From Nitrosopumilus sp. (lineage in GTDB: Archaea > Thermoproteota > Nitrososphaeria > Nitrososphaerales > Nitrosopumilaceae): a stretch of 64,000 bases of DNA. Within the stretch, counting starts at the first letter, position 1. Every line of letters begins with the position of its first letter. The translations under genes and the position numbers were made by a program. The stretch spans positions 512,001 to 576,000 of the forward strand of contig OZ241981.1 in the NCBI GenBank assembly GCA_965204345.1. The letters are read 5' to 3'. Shown piece after piece: positions 29,528 to 41,685 of this stretch. Under the pieces are notes generated by a model that was given only the letters and a program-made list of their open reading frames with translations, was not told the DNA's origin and made no database searches.

Positions 29528-30546
29528 GCCTTTGAAACCAGGGTCAATGAAAAATAATTCTGCTCATCCAGCCAAGTATGACAGATTTTAAAGCCGGTAC
29601 CCTCAAGCAGAGAACGAATTTGATCCAGAGTGTACTTGTGGGAATATTCAGTATGAATCAGCTCATTTTTTTCCAGATTTAATGAGAGGCTGGATTTTGA
29701 GATTATTACGGACTGGTTGACCAATGATTTAAGATACATCTCTATTCGCTGTTGTTCTTTGTTGTAGATGGAGAAATGTTCAAAGTTTTTCAAATCAAAA
29801 TCTGCATCAAGCTCGTCATTTATTCTGGATAAAACATTAAGATTAAACTCAGCAGTCACATCTTGGGCATCATCATATGCTGCCTCCAAGATTGCAGAAT
29901 CTTTTACCAAATCCAGACCAATCAAGAACAGGTCGCCGGATTTCATAGTAGAGTTTATCTTTTTCAAAAAGTCTTCCCCATCAGAGGGCAAAAAATTGCC
30001 AAAACTCGAACCAAGAAAAACAATAAGATTGTTTTTCTTATCGTAGTTTTTTAGAAATTTCAGACCGCCCTCATATGTGTCAATGATACCGGTTATTCGT
30101 AGATTCTCATAATCCTGTAGCAGTTGCTCAGAGCTTTCAGCGAGAATTTCAGAGATATCAATGGGAAAATATTCAGTCGTATTCTGAAGGTTTGCAAAGA
30201 CATCAAGAAGTATCCTAGTCTTTACAGAGGCGCCGCTGCCCAACTCTACCAGCCTAAAATTATCATCAATAAATGAGGATAGCTCGCCCTGTAATTTTTT
30301 TAGAATGCCAATCTCGGTTCTGGTAGGATAGTACTCAGGCAAAGTGCAGATTTTCTCAAATAAATCAGAGCCCTTTTTGTCATAAAAAAATTTGGGCGTG
30401 ATAAACTTGGAGGGTCGATTCAGACTCGAAGAAATTTCCTCTGCAAAAGTTTTCTCTATCCTGCTTGCATGCGGCTTAAAATACTGCAGTTTAGAATCCA
30501 CAACATATTTTTTGTATTCCTGGTTTTTTTGAATCGTTTTACTCAA
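29524..30546 (-). CDS. egtD: L-histidine N-alpha-methyltransferase EgtD
   Basis: PKFFYD..GS.LFE.I..LPEYYPTRTE, ELGSG, LGSSFGN, AAYDD..VTAEFNLN, TEYSHKY. Confidence 0.93.
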   Translation of the reverse strand: MSKTIQKNQEYKKYVVDSKLQYFKPHASRIEKTFAEEISSSLNRPSKFITPKFFYDKKGSDLFEKICTLPEYYPTRTEIGILKKLQGELSSFIDDNFRLVELGSGASVKTRILLDVFANLQNTTEYFPIDISEILAESSEQLLQDYENLRITGIIDTYEGGLKFLKNYDKKNNLIVFLGSSFGNFLPSDGEDFLKKINSTMKSGDLFLIGLDLVKDSAILEAAYDDAQDVTAEFNLNVLSRINDELDADFDLKNFEHFSIYNKEQQRIEMYLKSLVNQSVIISKSSLSLNLEKNELIHTEYSHKYTLDQIRSLLEGTGFKICHTWLDEQNYFSLTLVSKA

Positions 30547-30640
30547 GTATTAGACCGTCTTTATTTAACATAAATGCTTTATCCCAGGTTTTACGCATAA
30601 AAGATATTTCTTGATATACCTCCTAATGTAACGATATGTA

Positions 30641-31606
30641 ATGAATGACATACTGCGGGTAGAGCACTTGAAAAAATATTTTACAAAAAAGGGAATATTT
30701 GACTCAAAATCAGTCACAGTCAGGGCAGCAGATGACATATCATTTTCGCTAAAGAAGGGAGAGGTGTTTGTTCTGGCAGGAGAGTCAGGTTCGGGCAAAT
30801 CAACAGTTGCAAGGTTAATCCTAAAATCAGCCAAGGCAGATGCAGGAAAAATATTTTTTGAGGAACAAGAGATTGACAGCCAGAAAAGCAATATCTCCAA
30901 AATAAGAATGAATTGCCAAATGATACATCAGGATCCATACGATTCCATCAATCCAAGAATGAGAATTGGGGACATTGTATCTGAGCCGCTTGAAATACAC
31001 AAAATAGGAAACAGGGAAGAGAGAAACAGGAGGGTAATTGAGGTATTGCAGGAAGTCAAGCTAGAGCCGGCAGAGGACATTGTGAAAAGATACCCACACA
31101 TGCTATCAGGAGGACAGAGGCAAAGAGTTGTTTTAGCAAGAGCGCTTGCACTAAAGCCCAAAGTAATTCTAGCTGATGAACCAGTATCAATGCTAGATGT
31201 TTCAATCAGAGCAGAGATGCTAGAATTGATGAAGGAGCTGCAAAATAAGTACAATATTTCGTTTGTTTACATTACTCATGACTTGGCCACGGCAAAATAT
31301 TTCGGCCAAAGAATTGGCATCTTGTATCTGGGCAAAATAGTGGAGATGGGGCCAATTAAGCAGGTTCTAAGCAAGCCGGGACATCCGTATACACAGGCAC
31401 TAATTGATGCAATTTCAGAGCCGGATCCGGATAACTTACACAAGACACGAAAAATCAGAATTAATGAGCCGGCAGATGTTGATGTGTATCAGGGATGCAG
31501 GTTTAGATCAAGATGTCCCTATGTCATGGACAAGTGTGCAGAGGAGCCAAAATTAGAAGAGATTGGCAATGAACACTATTGCGCATGTTATGTAAAATCA
31601 TACTAG
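30641..31606 (+). CDS. Oligopeptide/dipeptide ABC transporter ATP-binding subunit
   Basis: GESGSGKST, LSGGQRQR, ADEP, HPYTQAL, Cys-rich C-terminus (GCRF..RCP..C..C). Confidence 0.92.
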   Translation: MNDILRVEHLKKYFTKKGIFDSKSVTVRAADDISFSLKKGEVFVLAGESGSGKSTVARLILKSAKADAGKIFFEEQEIDSQKSNISKIRMNCQMIHQDPYDSINPRMRIGDIVSEPLEIHKIGNREERNRRVIEVLQEVKLEPAEDIVKRYPHMLSGGQRQRVVLARALALKPKVILADEPVSMLDVSIRAEMLELMKELQNKYNISFVYITHDLATAKYFGQRIGILYLGKIVEMGPIKQVLSKPGHPYTQALIDAISEPDPDNLHKTRKIRINEPADVDVYQGCRFRSRCPYVMDKCAEEPKLEEIGNEHYCACYVKSY

Positions 31607-34600
31607 GAGGTTTTCACAGAAGGCATTCGCTTATCCTTGTAGGTAACAACGTTTGAAACGCCATTCTTTGGGAATACGCCATAGATCAGTTTGGCTTTTT
31701 GTATAACAGAGTCCTTTAGGGACACCATAATGAACTGGCTTTCTTTTGATCTCTCTTCTAATATTTTTGCAAGGCGTTGAGAGTTTGGAGCATCAAGATG
31801 TGCATCAACCTCATCAAAGAGATAAAACGGGGAAGACTTTAGTTTTTGCAAGGCAAGCACAAATACGATTGCTGCAAGCGTCTTCTCACCGCCGCTAATT
31901 GACGTTGACTCTCTTTTTGGCTTGTTTGGGAACTGAATCAGGTAAGAGATTCCAGAATTAAATATATCGTCTTCATTTTGCAGTTCTAGCCAGGCATTAC
32001 CATCAGTCATTTTGTTGAAGATTAGCCGAATTTCTTTATCGACCTTATCAAATGCATCCAAGAACGTTTGCCGCTTGTCTTTTTCGATATCTTCAATGAA
32101 TTTAACAATGGAGTTTCGTTCTGCCTCAAGGGAGTTCTTTCGGCTGGACATTGAGCGGTATCCGTAGGATACCTCAAGATATGTTTCAGGAGCTTTTGCA
32201 TTTAATGCATTAAGGGATGCTAGTTCTGCTGTCAGTCCGTGCACAATAGGTTCAACATCAAACGTTTCCATGTTTTTATCAAAGCCAAACGCAGACAAAA
32301 CATGTTGTAGTTTTGTTTCATTTTCAATCAAATCATGCAGATCACGGTTAAGGGAATCAGTCTGACGCTCAATACTGTTGATCTGCTTTGTTAGTTCCCT
32401 GTCTTGGTCAGATAGGACTTTGAGTTTATCATCAAATTCTTGAAGATGTTCAATAGAAGAGCCGGAGGTAGAAATCAATTCCTGCTCTTTTTCACGCAGG
32501 GATACAAGAACCTTGTTCTTGGATTCTTTTTGGGACTCTAATTCTTTGATTTTGGCATCATGTTCTTGAGATTCAAGATTTAGGGAATTGGCTTCACCAT
32601 CAAGGCGGTTTGATTGCGACTTTTCCCTGTTGTATTGTGTCTGAAGGGTTGTTTGTTGGGAAGACTTGTCCCTGTATTCGTTTGTTAATGTAGTGTATAG
32701 TTTTTCAATTTCGGATTTTTTTATATTGATTCTGGACAATTCGTTTGCAATTCGATCTTGCTCCCCGCCTGCATAATTTTCTTCAACAAGGACAATGCGC
32801 TCCTGTAAAGACTCAACATGGGATTCGCTTGTACTAATTTCAGACCTTGTCATATCATTTCTGGAGGTCAAGGCAGAGATTCTCTTTGTTAGCTGCTCTT
32901 TCATGCTATGGGCAGAGGCAATTCTTGATTTTAGATTAGAATAGTTTTCAGTAGTAGAAGATAGGGACTTTTCAGATATTGAAAGCCGTTCATCATAGGA
33001 TTGAATAGAATCCTCCAGTTTTTTCAGAGAATATTTTTTCTTTAGCATGTATTTTTTAACAATGCCAATGGACTGAAACAATCCGTCAATGTCACTGCTC
33101 ATGGAGATGAGTTTTGTAAGCTTGGAGATTTTTGAATTAATGTCAATTACAACCGTACCGCCCCTTGCCTCAAAGAACTCGCCATCTAGAGTCACTGATT
33201 TGTATCCTAGTTGAGACACGGCATGGGCAGACTTTCTAGTGTCAGTCAGGACAATATTGCCAAAGAGGAATGTCTTAAGGGAAGAGTAGGCAGGATCGCA
33301 TTTAACATAGTTTGAAAGCGAGCCTAAAACCCCGGATTCCTTAGGCAGCGAAAGCTTGAATTTGGGAATTGCATCAAGTGGAATTATTTTGAGCTTTGGA
33401 AGTTTTTTGCTTCTTGCAACTTCGGCAATTCCAAGCAGGGTTGCAAAATCTTTTACGACGATTGCCTTGATCCAATCAGAGCTTACTGCCAATACAGAGC
33501 GTTCGTACTTTTTATCCCAGGATATCATTTCATAAACCAGTCCCTCAATACCAAGCTTATCGGCGTCCTCTTTGAGCTTGGCAACAGTGTAATCCTCATG
33601 CATGAATCCCTTTACGGTTTTTATTTTAGATTCGTACTGATTTGCAGCCTTGCTAGATTTTTCCAAAATCAAGCCAAGCTCGTCCATGTCATTGTGTATT
33701 TTGGCTTTTCTTGTGTGGAGCTTCTTGATTCGAGACTTTAATTCGGTAATTGTTGCATTGTGGTTCTTTGACATGGACTCAAGCTGGGTTTGATACCCAG
33801 TTAATTTTTGAATGTCGTTTTCCAGCTCAGAAAACTTTGCAGTGTTTGTATCAATCTTGCTTTCGAATTCACTTTTTTCATGTTGAACTTTAGAAAGTTT
33901 GAGCTTTGCATCATTGAGTTTGCCTGTAAGAGACCTTATCTTATTGTCAATTTCGGATTTTTTGGCGGCAGCTTTTGACTGTTCATCAAGTATTTTGTTT
34001 CTCTGCAAATCAATTATTTGCAAGTCATCATTGATTTTGTTTTTCTTTACGTTGGTTTCGTCAATGGATTCTTTGATTTTTAAGAGTTGTGCGTCTATGT
34101 CAACTCTGGCTTGACTGATGCCGCTGATTTCATTTTGAATTTCAGGAAGTCTGGAACGGATTTGTTCCAATCTCTTCTTTGATGCAGATATTGCACTGTT
34201 GTCTATTTCATACTGCTCCATTGCAGAACTAATTTCAGCATCAAGGGATGCCTTTACCTGACTGTAGTCATTTGCCTCTGCCATGAGCTTGTTTTTCTCA
34301 GTTTCCAGGGTGCCAATTTCTGTCCGCAAGGCAGTTCTTGCAGCATCAAATTCAGTAACTTTACTCATCAAGGTGTTCAAAGTTGCCTCTTTTGTGGCTT
34401 TTTGACTTGAAACGACCTTCATTTTGTTGGCAGCAGCAACTGCTTTGTAACGATTTAGCTCACGTTCCAGGAGATCATGGCGCAATTTTTGGTTGCGTTC
34501 TTCCTCTAATTCGTCTATTCTCTTTTTAATTTCGCCCATTTTTGCAAGAGCAACCTCTAACCGCCTGTCTGCCTCATCTAACTGTTTTACAGATTCAATT

Positions 34601-35127
34601 TTTTTATCATCAAAGTAAGAGAGTCCAATCAAATCCTCAATTGCCTTTCTTTTTTCCTCAGAAGTAAATTCGGAAATTCTAGTAACGGTGCCTTGCTGGA
34701 CTGCATTGAGCTGACCCAGACCGGCATTTGCCATATCAAGTAAATCAAGAATATGACCCCGGTTTGTTTTCTTTTTGTTTAGATAGTACGTATTCTCACC
34801 GTTACTGTCCATTTCTCTTGTGATCTCAACAATGTCTGAATCTACTGGGATTTTTCTATCAGTGTTATCAAAATGAACGCTGGATCTTGCCATTTTTGGC
34901 CCACGCCTACCCCCTTCAATATCATGAATTAAAGATCGCAACTTATCAACCCTCATGACTTTGGGCTTGTTCTCACCCATTGCAAAAATTATAGCATCCA
35001 AGATGTTGCTTTTGCCAGAGCCGTTAGGTCCAGAAATAGAAACCAGTCCGGGTTCAAACTGAACCGTGGTATTCTTAAATCCAAATGACTTGAAACCAAA
35101 GATCTCAACTTTTTTAACATGAACCAA
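31603..35127 (-). CDS. smc: Chromosome segregation protein SMC
   Basis: FGFKSF, GPNGSGKSN, long coiled coils with hinge, ISGGEKT, LFDEVDAHLD. Confidence 0.96.
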   Translation of the reverse strand: MVHVKKVEIFGFKSFGFKNTTVQFEPGLVSISGPNGSGKSNILDAIIFAMGENKPKVMRVDKLRSLIHDIEGGRRGPKMARSSVHFDNTDRKIPVDSDIVEITREMDSNGENTYYLNKKKTNRGHILDLLDMANAGLGQLNAVQQGTVTRISEFTSEEKRKAIEDLIGLSYFDDKKIESVKQLDEADRRLEVALAKMGEIKKRIDELEEERNQKLRHDLLERELNRYKAVAAANKMKVVSSQKATKEATLNTLMSKVTEFDAARTALRTEIGTLETEKNKLMAEANDYSQVKASLDAEISSAMEQYEIDNSAISASKKRLEQIRSRLPEIQNEISGISQARVDIDAQLLKIKESIDETNVKKNKINDDLQIIDLQRNKILDEQSKAAAKKSEIDNKIRSLTGKLNDAKLKLSKVQHEKSEFESKIDTNTAKFSELENDIQKLTGYQTQLESMSKNHNATITELKSRIKKLHTRKAKIHNDMDELGLILEKSSKAANQYESKIKTVKGFMHEDYTVAKLKEDADKLGIEGLVYEMISWDKKYERSVLAVSSDWIKAIVVKDFATLLGIAEVARSKKLPKLKIIPLDAIPKFKLSLPKESGVLGSLSNYVKCDPAYSSLKTFLFGNIVLTDTRKSAHAVSQLGYKSVTLDGEFFEARGGTVVIDINSKISKLTKLISMSSDIDGLFQSIGIVKKYMLKKKYSLKKLEDSIQSYDERLSISEKSLSSTTENYSNLKSRIASAHSMKEQLTKRISALTSRNDMTRSEISTSESHVESLQERIVLVEENYAGGEQDRIANELSRINIKKSEIEKLYTTLTNEYRDKSSQQTTLQTQYNREKSQSNRLDGEANSLNLESQEHDAKIKELESQKESKNKVLVSLREKEQELISTSGSSIEHLQEFDDKLKVLSDQDRELTKQINSIERQTDSLNRDLHDLIENETKLQHVLSAFGFDKNMETFDVEPIVHGLTAELASLNALNAKAPETYLEVSYGYRSMSSRKNSLEAERNSIVKFIEDIEKDKRQTFLDAFDKVDKEIRLIFNKMTDGNAWLELQNEDDIFNSGISYLIQFPNKPKRESTSISGGEKTLAAIVFVLALQKLKSSPFYLFDEVDAHLDAPNSQRLAKILEERSKESQFIMVSLKDSVIQKAKLIYGVFPKNGVSNVVTYKDKRMPSVKTS

Positions 35128-35584
35128 TGATTTTATTTTCTCATTACGTAGGATAATCGATGTCTAACAAGTTTAGTTGACATAATTACATAATTTTTCT
35201 TATTGTGTTATGATATTTTTCGTAGCGGTAGCAGCAATAACTGAACTTTTTACGGATTGATCGCAGTTACGCCTGCCATGTTTGCTCAAAGGGAACTAGT
35301 TGATGATAAGGCCAGGATTAATACAAACCATATCACAAGGCACAAACCAGATAGGGATTTTGCAGGCTGTAAAAGTACTAGAAAAAGAAGGACTCTCAAT
35401 ATTGCTCCAAACGTAGAGAGTCAGAGACAAGGGTGAAATAGGTCATTGGATTTGGCTGAAAATAACAAGACAGTAACTGGCAAGGGTACAAAATTAAAAG
35501 GGGAAGTGCAAATACAAAAAATCAGTTTAAAGAAATGCAAAGGGTCAAAGGGGGAAATTCTTAAACCCTAGTAATTTTTAATGG

Positions 35585-36679
35585 CTAGTTGCCTGCAACA
35601 AACTTTTCGCATTCGGATTTTGCGTTAACATCAGATGTCTGTTCAATGGGATGTTTCATCAGATACGCACTTGCAGATTTGATCGGCCCGCCTATGCCCC
35701 TGTCAAGGGCAATTTTTGCCAATCTGATTGCATCAATTACAATTCCTGCAGAGTTTGCCTTATCATCAACTTCCAGACGAACTTCCATGTTGTAGGGGAT
35801 ATTTGCCCATTGGCGTCCCTCAATTCTCATAAACATGAGTTTGGTATTGCCCAGGAAGGGAATAAAATCAGAGGGACCAACATAGATTTGATCATCGTCT
35901 AGTCTTTCATTGAGTTGGCTCTGAACACTTTCAGTTTTGGAAATTTTCTTTGATACAAGCCTGTCTTGCTCTTTCATGTTTAGGAAATCAGTGTTGCCAC
36001 CTACGTTGATTTGGTATGTTTTTTCAATTTTGGTTCCCCTGTCGCTGCACAGCTTAGCCAAGGTCCTATGAACAATAGTTGCGCCAACCTGCCCCTTAAT
36101 GTCATCTCCAATGCAGGGAATGTTTTTTTCTGTAAACTTTTTTGCCCATGTTTGATCAGATGCAATAAATGAAGGAATGCAGTTTACAAATGCGATATCA
36201 GTGTCAAGGCAAATCTGAGCCCAGTATTCAGTTACTTTATCAGAGCCCACAGGCAGATAAGAGACAATAATTTCAACGCCGGTATCCCGTATTACTTGTT
36301 TCACTTCTTTTGTGATTTGCTCTACGGATTTTGGGTTGTCAATGGGCTTGATTCTGTTCTCTACCCACAATCCGACCCCATCTAAAATCGGACTCTCATA
36401 AATTTTAGCATCGTTTTTTGGCAATTCGTCTTTGGGAATCCAGTCAACCATGTTTGGAAATGCATAGATTGCTTCATGGAGGGGTTTTCCAACTTTATTC
36501 TCACCCACATCAAATCCACAGACAAAATCAATGTCATAAATGCCATATCCGGCCAATTTATCGTGAATGATTCCAATAACTTCCTGCTCAGGGTTTTGTC
36601 GATAATATTCAATGCCTTGAATTAAACCCGAAAAGCAATTGCCAATTCCCACTAGACCAACTTTGATTCTGCCTGCCAT
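35585..36679 (-). CDS. ino1: myo-inositol-1-phosphate synthase
   Basis: GIGNC, YLPVGS, GDDIKGQVGAT, QINVGGNTDFLNM, SKKISKT. Confidence 0.93.
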   Translation of the reverse strand: MAGRIKVGLVGIGNCFSGLIQGIEYYRQNPEQEVIGIIHDKLAGYGIYDIDFVCGFDVGENKVGKPLHEAIYAFPNMVDWIPKDELPKNDAKIYESPILDGVGLWVENRIKPIDNPKSVEQITKEVKQVIRDTGVEIIVSYLPVGSDKVTEYWAQICLDTDIAFVNCIPSFIASDQTWAKKFTEKNIPCIGDDIKGQVGATIVHRTLAKLCSDRGTKIEKTYQINVGGNTDFLNMKEQDRLVSKKISKTESVQSQLNERLDDDQIYVGPSDFIPFLGNTKLMFMRIEGRQWANIPYNMEVRLEVDDKANSAGIVIDAIRLAKIALDRGIGGPIKSASAYLMKHPIEQTSDVNAKSECEKFVAGN

Positions 36680-36781
36680 TCGAAATGTGATGTTATTGGG
36701 CGGGTTTAAAGTTTACGTAGATTTTGAAAAGAAATTCCATCATGAAGGCAGAATTTTATACTTGAGATCAAAAGTAAACAC

Positions 36782-37723
36782 ATGGTAGAATCAGGCCGTG
36801 TGGTAAAAGATATTGAAATTGATTCAAACACTTCAATAGAAAAAATTTTTGAAGAGTTGTCACAATCAGGAGGATTTGAATCTGTGAATCTATCAGACGG
36901 ATTGGGAATTTTAACAGACATGATTTTGGATAAAGAATGCTTACGGTTTGTCTCGTTTGTAGGCGCAGTTGTGTCTACGGGACTGAGGGGCATAATTAAA
37001 GACATGATCAAAAACAAGTGGTTTGATGTAGCAATTACAACGTGCGGGGCATTAGATCATGACATTGCAAGGCACTTTTCACATTATAAGGAGGGATCAT
37101 TTACCATGGACGATATGGAGCTGGCAAACCAAAATATTCATAGGTTGGGAAATGTACTAGTTCCAACGGACAGTTATGGCCCATTAATTGAGGAGAAGAT
37201 GCAATCATTTCTAGAAGAAGAATATCAAAAGGGAGTCAGAGAGATGAGTACAGCAGAACTATGCAAAATGATTGGAAGGCACCTAGGAGAAGATTCGTTT
37301 CTTTATTGGGCATACAAAAATGATGTTGACGTAATAGTGCCAGGCATAATGGATGGGGCAGTAGGCAGCCAGATTTGGTTATTTACACAAAAACATGGTG
37401 ATTTTAAACTAAACATGATAGGAGATGCCAATTTGCTATCAGGATTGATTTTCAAAGCTCAAAAATCAGGGGCGTTTATGATTGGGGGAGGAATTTCAAA
37501 ACACCATACACTATGGTGGAATCAATACAGGGAGGGACTGGATTATGCATTTTACATCACTACAGCACAAGAATTTGACGGCAGTCTTAGCGGAGCACTT
37601 GTCAGAGAGGCAATCTCATGGGGAAAAGTTACACAGGTAGCAAAGCAGTCAACATTACATGCAGAAGTAACAACAATACTTCCATTCATCTATGCCGCAC
37701 TAGTTTCAAAATTACGGAAATAG
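36782..37723 (+). CDS. dys: Deoxyhypusine synthase
   Basis: STGLRG, GGGISKH, FDGSLSGA..REAISWGK. Confidence 0.93.
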   Translation: MVESGRVVKDIEIDSNTSIEKIFEELSQSGGFESVNLSDGLGILTDMILDKECLRFVSFVGAVVSTGLRGIIKDMIKNKWFDVAITTCGALDHDIARHFSHYKEGSFTMDDMELANQNIHRLGNVLVPTDSYGPLIEEKMQSFLEEEYQKGVREMSTAELCKMIGRHLGEDSFLYWAYKNDVDVIVPGIMDGAVGSQIWLFTQKHGDFKLNMIGDANLLSGLIFKAQKSGAFMIGGGISKHHTLWWNQYREGLDYAFYITTAQEFDGSLSGALVREAISWGKVTQVAKQSTLHAEVTTILPFIYAALVSKLRK

Positions 37724-37745
37724 AATTAGATAAAAAAGCTATTAT

Positions 37746-38483
37746 TTGATGAATGTTCAAAAAAATCAGTTGTCACCCAGAATTAGAATTAGAGAACTAA
37801 AGGAGTTAAATTTGGAGGAAGGTTTTCTCATAGACGGATTTCCTTCAGTAGGCCTTAGCAGTGCCATTGCAACAGAATCAATGATTCATACATCGCAATT
37901 TGAATTGGGGGGAACGATTGATTCAGATAAATTTCCCCCAATAAGCGTTGTTAAGAATGGAAAGCCAAACTTTCCAACAAGAATATTTGTCAATGAGGAA
38001 TTAAAAGTGGGTATTTTTTCATCGTATCTGTCTTTAGAAGAATCCTTCCATAGAGCTACGGCAAAAACAATGCTGTCATGGGCAAAAAAACATAAGATAA
38101 AATTAATTGTAAGTAGCGTAGCAGTAAAATCAACGGATTCCAATAAGGAAATCATGGGGATTGGAAGTACAGATAATGCAAGAAAAAAAATACGTGACGC
38201 AGGTCTGAAAATACTAGAGCATGGCATAGTTCCGGGAATTCCGGGAATTTTATTAAACGAGGGGAGTACATCGGATCAGGATGTAATTGTAATAATTTTT
38301 CATACAGATGGAGATGGTCCAGACTATAAATCCAGTGCAGAATTATGCATGATGATGTCAAAATTAATTCCGGGCGCATCGTGTGATATTCCATCATTAC
38401 AAAAGGAAGCTAAAAAGGCAGAGGGAGTGATTAGAGAAGCACAAGAAGAATCAAAACATCTCAAAGATTCAATGTATAGATAA
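37746..38483 (+). CDS. PAC2-family proteasome assembly chaperone
   Basis: IDGFPSVGL, S..FPP, GIPGILL, PD..SS pattern; C-terminal MYR. Confidence 0.8.
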   Translation: MMNVQKNQLSPRIRIRELKELNLEEGFLIDGFPSVGLSSAIATESMIHTSQFELGGTIDSDKFPPISVVKNGKPNFPTRIFVNEELKVGIFSSYLSLEESFHRATAKTMLSWAKKHKIKLIVSSVAVKSTDSNKEIMGIGSTDNARKKIRDAGLKILEHGIVPGIPGILLNEGSTSDQDVIVIIFHTDGDGPDYKSSAELCMMMSKLIPGASCDIPSLQKEAKKAEGVIREAQEESKHLKDSMYR

Positions 38484-38528
38484 AAAAACTCAATCAAGTT
38501 TATTTCATTAGAGAATAAATCAACAGCA

Positions 38529-39149
38529 ATGACTCAGATTGCGGAATTTGCCATCATGGTCATTATCATCTCAGCATCAGGAGTAATGGCACCAGGCCCA
38601 CTTTTTGCAGCTAATGTATCATATGGATTACGAGAAGGAGCAAGATCAGGAATAAAGATGGCAGTTGGTCACACAATTGTTGAATTTCCATTATTGGTTT
38701 TGTTAGGAATAGGGGTAATTTCCTTACAGGCATTTCCAGAATTTACGACAATAATTTCAATTCTAGGTGCAATTACATTATTTGTATTTGCAGCAATGCA
38801 AATCAGATCAACATTAGGGAAAAAATCAGGCAGTACTGCAAACCCAAAACAGGGGCCGCTAATTACAGGGATTTTACTTAGTGCATTAAATCCATTTTTT
38901 ATTGTATGGTGGTTAACCATAGGATTCAAATTAATTTCAGACGCGATGCTAATTTGGGCATTTGCAGGAATACTAATTGTATTTGTTTTACACATATGGA
39001 TGGATTTTGCCTGGTTAGGAGTAATTTCTTTTCTAGCAGGAAAAAGTTCACAAATTCTGTCAAACAGAAATTATAAGATAATAATGATAGGGCTAAGTTT
39101 AATGCTAGTTTACTTTGGAATTAAATTTTTATCAGAGATTGACATCTAA
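38529..39149 (+). CDS. LysE-family transporter
   Basis: SGVMAPGPL, GH..VE, LNPFFIVWW; multiple TM helices. Confidence 0.85.
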   Translation: MTQIAEFAIMVIIISASGVMAPGPLFAANVSYGLREGARSGIKMAVGHTIVEFPLLVLLGIGVISLQAFPEFTTIISILGAITLFVFAAMQIRSTLGKKSGSTANPKQGPLITGILLSALNPFFIVWWLTIGFKLISDAMLIWAFAGILIVFVLHIWMDFAWLGVISFLAGKSSQILSNRNYKIIMIGLSLMLVYFGIKFLSEIDI

Positions 39150-39365
39150 CCGCAATCTAAAATCTCCATAGGTGGTTTGCAGTCATAATTAAACAAGTCA
39201 ATTCTTTCAAGAATATTTTCACAAAACTCAGGATCTAATGATTTTTCATACATGCCAATATCATTAGAAAGTAAAAGGTATTCAAAATTGCAAGAAAAAT
39301 CAAAAAGACTGACAGCTATGGCCAGAAAAAGACATCCAATACAAAAATACATTAATTTTTTTAAT

Positions 39366-39385
<20 letters not shown>
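39146..39385 (-). CDS. Small membrane/secreted Cys-containing hypothetical protein
   Basis: Hydrophobic N-terminus; [10 protein letters not shown]...FN..C...EILDCG; start uncertain. Confidence 0.55.
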
Positions 39386-40139
<754 letters not shown>

Positions 40140-40176
40140 TTTTAAATTCCTATTATAGCAAATTTCTCTCTCGCTT

Positions 40177-40428
40177 TTATTTAATTTTTTCAGGATTTCC
40201 TTTCAAATAGTCTTCAAATAATTTTTCAAGATCGTCATCATTATCACATTTTTCAATTTGATTGACTAGATCGGGTTCTTCAATTTCATAACAATTCAAA
40301 ACATCTTGAGAATCTTTGAAAATTAGCATGGCTTTATTTTTGAAGATGCAGTGATAGAGTTTTTCTTTTTCCATTTTTTCAGGCTTTAGATTTATGCCAT
40401 TTTCATCCACAGATACAGGATATACCAT
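40177..40428 (-). CDS. Conserved small hypothetical protein
   Basis: 83-aa ORF, LYHCIF..K.MLIFKD...LNCYEIEE. Confidence 0.7.
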   Translation of the reverse strand: MVYPVSVDENGINLKPEKMEKEKLYHCIFKNKAMLIFKDSQDVLNCYEIEEPDLVNQIEKCDNDDDLEKLFEDYLKGNPEKIK

Positions 40429-40952
40429 AGGAATAATTTTAGGATGCTACAATTAACAATTATGGATGTTTTTACAGATCCATTTAGGTTCAAATATTTG
40501 ATCAGGTACAGCAATATAATATTTAATTTGAACAATTATTCATCAGAGATAAAGTTTCCAGGTGGATGCTTGCTTCTCAAAGGATGTTTAAGGAATCCTT
40601 TGCATGCTAGTTTAATTTTATAGCATTCATTTAGCATATTGAAAAAAGGTGATTCAACAGCAATTATGAAAATTCATCCATTCATAGCTACATCAGATCC
40701 ACATAAGCTTGTATGATGACACACCATATTCAAGGGCAGAAATTGGCATCAAGGGTGATAGTAAATGGATCATCATAATTCAAAACGTGTGGCAAATATC
40801 CGCAAGTTACCAAGGCCTTAAAAAAATAGAGTTTTTAATTCTAGAAAAATTATGTGATGATTTAATTTCTCAGACAACAAAAGGGAATTAGAAATAAAAT
40901 CAAAGCAGACATGCTCTGAAAATCAAGACATTAAGATAAATGCATGCAAAGA

Positions 40953-41603
40953 TTATAGTTTCAGGCCAAATATGGGATGACTTTTCTTTAGGACAACTAT
41001 AGGCAAATACGGAAAGCCGTGTTCAAACACATCAGTAAACTGTACAGGAATACCCTTGTGTCCGGAATATTTTATGAAAGGCTTGGTTGGCCTTTCATCT
41101 AGTTGAACATAATAAAAACAGTAAACTGTTTCAAGCAGATCAATTATAGACATGTAACCTACAACCCATTTTTTTCTTAGAGGAAAACACAGCAGAGTTA
41201 CCTTGGGTTCATCAGGCCATTCAGGATCATATGTTAGTCTGGCAAGACTTCCCAAGTCGTGTACCTTGGAGGATTTGAACTTGTCTGTGATTTTTTTATA
41301 AGATTGAACCGGAAAAGGCAGGGAATCCAAATGGACTATAGGAGCATGTTGAGATATAGACTTGATCGAATTTACAACTCTGGCAGTCTCCTTGCCATTT
41401 TTTGAATTATATTCGATGTAACGGCCATCTTGATAGCCGGTGTAAAATGCAAGAAGTGAATCAGACAAAACAAGCCTACAAGACAGCACCATGTTTCCGT
41501 GTAGTTTGTGGGCATATACTCTCAAAGGATGCTCCCTGAAAGCACAGACAAATCGAGCAAAATCTAAAAAGCCGTCTGTCTCTACAAAATGAATTTGAGT
41601 CAA
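40953..41603 (-). CDS. Hypothetical protein
   Basis: 216-aa ORF with normal codon usage. Confidence 0.7.
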   Translation of the reverse strand: MTQIHFVETDGFLDFARFVCAFREHPLRVYAHKLHGNMVLSCRLVLSDSLLAFYTGYQDGRYIEYNSKNGKETARVVNSIKSISQHAPIVHLDSLPFPVQSYKKITDKFKSSKVHDLGSLARLTYDPEWPDEPKVTLLCFPLRKKWVVGYMSIIDLLETVYCFYYVQLDERPTKPFIKYSGHKGIPVQFTDVFEHGFPYLPIVVLKKSHPIFGLKL

Positions 41604-41685
41604 TTCAACCAGCCTTTTATTTAAAAACTAATTAATGTTAGTCATAAAAAATTTGAAAAATAGGTCAGGATGGAACAAACCCAAA

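Noticed and set aside
35200-35570. Possible ncRNA or secreted-protein relic between smc and ino1
   Set aside because: No convincing structure or sustained ORF
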